NCBI GenBank assembly: GCA_003990765.1
Contig: RBNJ01000144.1
Span: 1-39,398 of the forward strand
Direction: 5' to 3'
From: Jimgerdemannia flammicorona
Taxonomy: Eukaryota
Length of the DNA: 39,398 bases
Shown: one piece after another, positions 35,225 through 39,398 of the stretch
How the letters are laid out: every line of letters begins with the position of its first letter
Numbering within the stretch: the stretch's first letter is position 1
Made by a program: the position numbers and the translations under genes
Notes under the pieces: model-generated
What the model was told of the DNA's origin: nothing
The model's input: the letters and a program-made list of their open reading frames with translations, nothing else
Databases searched by the model: none

Positions 35225-35589
35225 CTATGTTCTTTGGCAAGAGCCTAAGCCAATTAAATTTAATGAATACCTGATGCTATAAATACCGGCACCACTGATA
35301 GTTAATTATAGTCATCTTCCAAAATCGAATCGACGAAATTTTGTCAGCGTTTTCGTTCAACAGCAACAGTATTATATACTCGTTGCAAACGGGATTCTCG
35401 GCTTTCACTAAATGTAGCACATTGCGTACAGTACGATAATGGGGTCTAACCAATACCCCGAGATGAAATTAAAGATGGTGAGGCCGAACGGAATTTTAAT
35501 GATTGGACGGGAACTGGTGGTACGAAAGGATAAATGTGTCTTAAAATTCACCGCTAACGGATGGGGCTCTGCAGATCAGTGGTGCAACG

Positions 35590-35857
35590 TACTACTGAAA
35601 ATCCAAGGAACCCCAATTGTGAAGTGCTCTAATTGGCCGATAATTTCCCGAATTGCACAGAATATATTGAGTAAATCATCATTTCACCCACCATGGTATT
35701 GGAACGCAACACCCCATTTCTCCTGCCGATAAGATGCCCGCCGTGCTGACATGCATGTTACGGATATACGCTCCATTGCTCTCCTTCCTGCATTTGTCTA
35801 TATCTGTGCCCCTGCGCCCCTAGGGGAATGACCTCTGGGGTAGCCGTTGGCAATCTG
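35590..35857. mobile_element. Inverted copy of the 32517-32769 repeat
   Basis: Begins TACTACTGAAAATCC; shares blocks such as CCCTAGGGG, ATCCGTAACA, CTTATCGG and TGCGTTCC. Confidence 0.5.
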
Positions 35858-36817
35858 CGGGACTGATGTCTGGGCTTAGAAGAGATATCTGATTGGATTA
35901 TCTAGTCAACAGAAAAGTACCACAACGGAATTTTTCTTCCTTTCTGCGCTTTGTTCACTGTTTTCCCACCCATGTAACGTAGTTGGTCTTCTCCCGAGCT
36001 CGAGCTGTTACTCCTCGGGAGGATAGGCATTCGCGCGCGGGCGGAATGGACGCGCTCTTCGTGCACCCAAAAAAAAAACCACAAAATAGAAATACACACG
36101 AGACTAACGTGACCTGGAGCAAAAGTGCGGGGAAAAAACGTGAATGATACCAACACCCATGTCCGCAACTGGGTATTTTTGGATATCAGATACAAAGTGC
36201 TACTGAGAACCCCTTTCGTTTCTCCGACCGTCGTTTTCGACAAGCGAATACTAAAGCCCGAGCCCGACCCGGGATATTTCGAACTCACCCCAGAAACCGA
36301 ATCTAACCACGCTTGCTGCGCACACAGAATCCCTAAAAACTAGCACCTAATCGATAGGCCGCCGTTCCCCTCTCGCTCGATTACATACTCTCGAACCACA
36401 AAAATTCGCGTGTCTCGGACTTGTCAAATGGCTAACCTCACCTTCTCGACCGACCCGACCCGACCCGACTCGACTTTATAAGAAAAACACTTCATATATT
36501 GTAGCTCCACGATGAGATATCCAATTTTTCTGAATTTTGGCTTGTTGGATTCCTCTTAGCTGGGATACAGGGCTAATAGTCGGATAAGCGCACGATCTGG
36601 GGTCACTCCATTCAACGGCACTTGAAGAGAGTCCATCACTTGTGATGTCATTGGGCCCGCTTGGCCACGTTTCCTGCCCAGGGCTTGATCACAATTTCAC
36701 CGATCACACCTAATTACATTAAAATTGTATGTCTCCTGTTCAGTTACGAGGCAAGTAACCAGCCCACAATCACTCCAACCTCAACCACGCTTTCGTGTTT
36801 TGCGTAATGGTAATCAA

Positions 36818-37361
36818 ATGCCTCGACCGCTCATTCACGTTTCTTGGGAACAAGTGCCCCTCTGCATACTGAAGAATCAATGACCTTCACGCGAATCACC
36901 GAGAACCCACAATCCCAACAGCGATCCGCATCCTCGGCCATGAGTTTTATTTCGATCTCGGGGTCTCAACCGAACAAGCATTTCCAACGCCACCCTGGCC
37001 CATACCATTATTTATCTTCGTCGACCTGATCCCAGTTGCCGAGTCCGCCCAAAACACAGGCGCGGAGTATGATCACAGCTTGCATCATGAGGCCGTAGAC
37101 CCTTCGGCGCGCTACCACGACGACGACCTTCTCGCCTTCTTTAGGACCAATGAGTGGGCCGATCTCGAGCGCCTCGTTGACAACCACGCTGATATTAGTC
37201 AGTTCGGTGGCGAAGTTAGAAACGTTGTCGAACGGGATCTGGACGAGCAACGCGTGCAGGTCATTATTGGACAAACTGGTTTCGTGTTGTTTCTGTGGTT
37301 CCCTATCGATATCATACAGATCAATTTTGTGTTGCAACCACACTTGGACGTAGGCGAATGA
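36818..37361 (+). pseudogene. Paralogue B, frameshifted
   Basis: ATGCCTCGA start; homology runs through three frames (36818, 36844, 37080); 3' deletion removes the original stop; TATTTAAA box lost. Confidence 0.8.
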
Positions 37362-37861
37362 TGGGAAATTATCCGGAAACCAAAATTGCATGACTAAACT
37401 GACATTTTTTTGGACTATTTTATTAGTGCGTTTGTGAGGAAATACAAAGTAGATTTCAATACTCCTCCCTCTTCCACACTCTTTTCTTCCTTTATATATA
37501 TGTTTGAATTTTACTTTCTTACGTCCAAAATATATCTTATCTTCGAATGGAATATCAGCATGTATAAAATATATAATGATATTTTGTGAAGTATTGCATG
37601 TATGCTTATAGGTCGCCAAACCGGAGACTGCATAGGCTCATTCGAACCAACTTGCTGAGAGAAATCAGATGCGTTCTCGTGAGTTATGCTGCAAGATGGG
37701 TGGCCCACATAAGATCGCGGTTTGGGTTATGCCCCAGATCGACTGAAAGGGACATCTTCCGCTCGCGGCAGCCGACATCAAATAATTGTGAGAAGCCGCA
37801 ACAATGGAGACTGGCTTATATAAGACACTGCTGATGTTATCTGATATTATGGGAGTCACTT

Positions 37862-38028
37862 GGCCACGTTGTCTGCATGACTGGGGCCAAACTCGCGTGG
37901 CCATTGGTTGCATGACTAGGGCCCAAACTCGCGTGGCCACGTTGGCTGCATGATTAGGGCGCGGCCATATTGGCTGCGTGACTAGGGCCCAAACTCACGT
38001 GGTCACATTGGCTGGCCCAAGCTCGCGT
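37862..38028. repeat. ~37-bp tandem repeat x5 in the promoter of paralogue C
   Basis: GGCCACGTTGGCTGCATGACTAGGGCCCAAACTCGCGT variants. Confidence 0.85.
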
Positions 38029-38152
38029 GTTGTACCAATTACATTGGATAAGCAAATTGTGATTTATGGTTCCTTTTAGGCCACATATTTAAACAACCTA
38101 CAATTACTCGAACTTCACACTGCGTTTTCCAGTTTTGCATAGCGTTAATCAA

Positions 38153-38704
38153 ATGCCTCAACCACTCGCTCGCGTTTCCATTCTGACCATGAGCCATGTG
38201 GAGCCTGAAAATTGGGAACAAGAGGAGTTGATCAACCTTCTGCATACTGAAGAGCCAATGATCTTCATGCCGAATCGCCAAGAACCCACAATCCATACCC
38301 TCGGTCATGACTTTTATTTCGAGCGCGGGGTCTCAACCGAAGAAGCATCTCAAACGCCCTGGTCCGCACCATGCTTCGTCTTCGTCGACATGCACCCAGT
38401 GGCCGAGTCCGTCCCAATCGCTAGCACGGAGTACGATTACAGCATGCGTCGTGAGGCAGTAGATTCTCCGGCGCGCTACCACGACGACGACCTTCTCGCT
38501 TTCTTTCGGACCAATGAGTGGGCCGAGCTCGAGCACCTCGTCAACAACCACATTGAAATTAGCCAGTTCGATGAGGAAGTCAGAAACCTTGTCGAACGGT
38601 ATCCGGACGTGCAACGCATGCAGTTCGTTATTGGACAAAATGGCTTTGTGATACTTTTGTGGCTCCCCATCGATATCGTACAGATCAATGTTGTTTTGCC
38701 TTGA
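38153..38704 (+). CDS. Hypothetical protein, paralogue C (183 aa from ATG 38153)
   Basis: Intact ORF MPQPLARV...; start matches A and B; TATTTAAA at ~38087. Confidence 0.8.
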   Translation: MPQPLARVSILTMSHVEPENWEQEELINLLHTEEPMIFMPNRQEPTIHTLGHDFYFERGVSTEEASQTPWSAPCFVFVDMHPVAESVPIASTEYDYSMRREAVDSPARYHDDDLLAFFRTNEWAELEHLVNNHIEISQFDEEVRNLVERYPDVQRMQFVIGQNGFVILLWLPIDIVQINVVLP

Positions 38705-39398
38705 TGGTTTACATTGCAACCACGCCGAGCACACTTGAGGCGCAACTAAAACCTAGACGAATGATAAAAAATCCAAATGGATGACCAAACTGACATTTTG
38801 AGGATAATGTTATTACTGCGCTGATGAGAAAACACGGCGTAGGTTTCAATATTTCTCCCCTCTCCCTCCTCCTCCGTTCCTTTCTTTTTCTTCCTTTTTT
38901 TTTTTTTTTTTTCATTTTTTTTTATTTTTTTTTTTTTTTTCCCAAAATTTTCTTATATTCCAATAGAATATCTACGTGTGTAAAATATATAATGGTTATT
39001 TAGTAAAGTATTGTATGTATGCCGGTTCATTAGCTTATACATGTAGCCGGGTAAAATTGTCAACCCGACTTGTTGAGAAAAATACAAGCCCAAAAATAGG
39101 AAAAATCAGATGTGTTCTCGTAAATTATGTGTGGTGAACACAAGGCAGGTTATGCCCCAGATTGACTGAAAGGAGATACAGGGATTTCCAAAAAAAAAAT
39201 TGCCGGCTTATATAAGCTTATTCGAGAACTGATGTCATGGCCACGTTGCCCAGGAATTTCGTGTCACGTTGGCCCCAATATCTGTCTGTCCGCCATTGAC
39301 AGCGATGAGCATTGAAGGCACCAGTATTGTGGAGGAACGCCAGCTGAGTGACGTTATGCTGACAGTATGGTAAAGATTGGGGGGGGGGGGGGGGGGGG

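Noticed and set aside
32517-35857. Pack-type transposon with long TIRs capturing paralogue A
   Set aside because: The CACTA-like termini lie on the sides facing the gene, so the gene is outside both copies; no TSD found
33752-38734. Conserved antisense ORFs over the three paralogues
   Set aside because: Synonymous changes favour the + frame; starts and stops are not conserved on the minus strand

Overview
Eukaryotic, almost certainly fungal DNA. The CYP509-type P450 and short GT-AG introns suggest Mucoromycota (inference). The window has two sharply different halves. (1) 1-~25,400 is a CpG-depleted block of nested retroelements. An old Tx1/L1-type LINE is interrupted by a complete minus-strand Ty3/gypsy chromovirus (LTRs 3133-3599 and 14561-14932, TSD GAGAA) that carries a dUTPase between gag and protease. 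That element is itself interrupted by a young full-length Tx1/L1 LINE (5275-11096, 13-bp TSD). Further LINE copies, a second chromovirus relic and hAT-type MITEs are also present. The elements decayed mostly by C>T/G>A transitions (RIP-like or methylation-driven). (2) ~25,400-39,398 is CpG-normal genic DNA: a Cys-rich orphan ORF, a secreted Kex2-site protein with an 18x His/Tyr-rich hexapeptide array, a P450 pseudogene plus a second P450 relic, and a tandem array of three paralogues (one dead) of an unrecognised ~170-180 aa protein. All alignments and counts were done by eye; no database searches were run.
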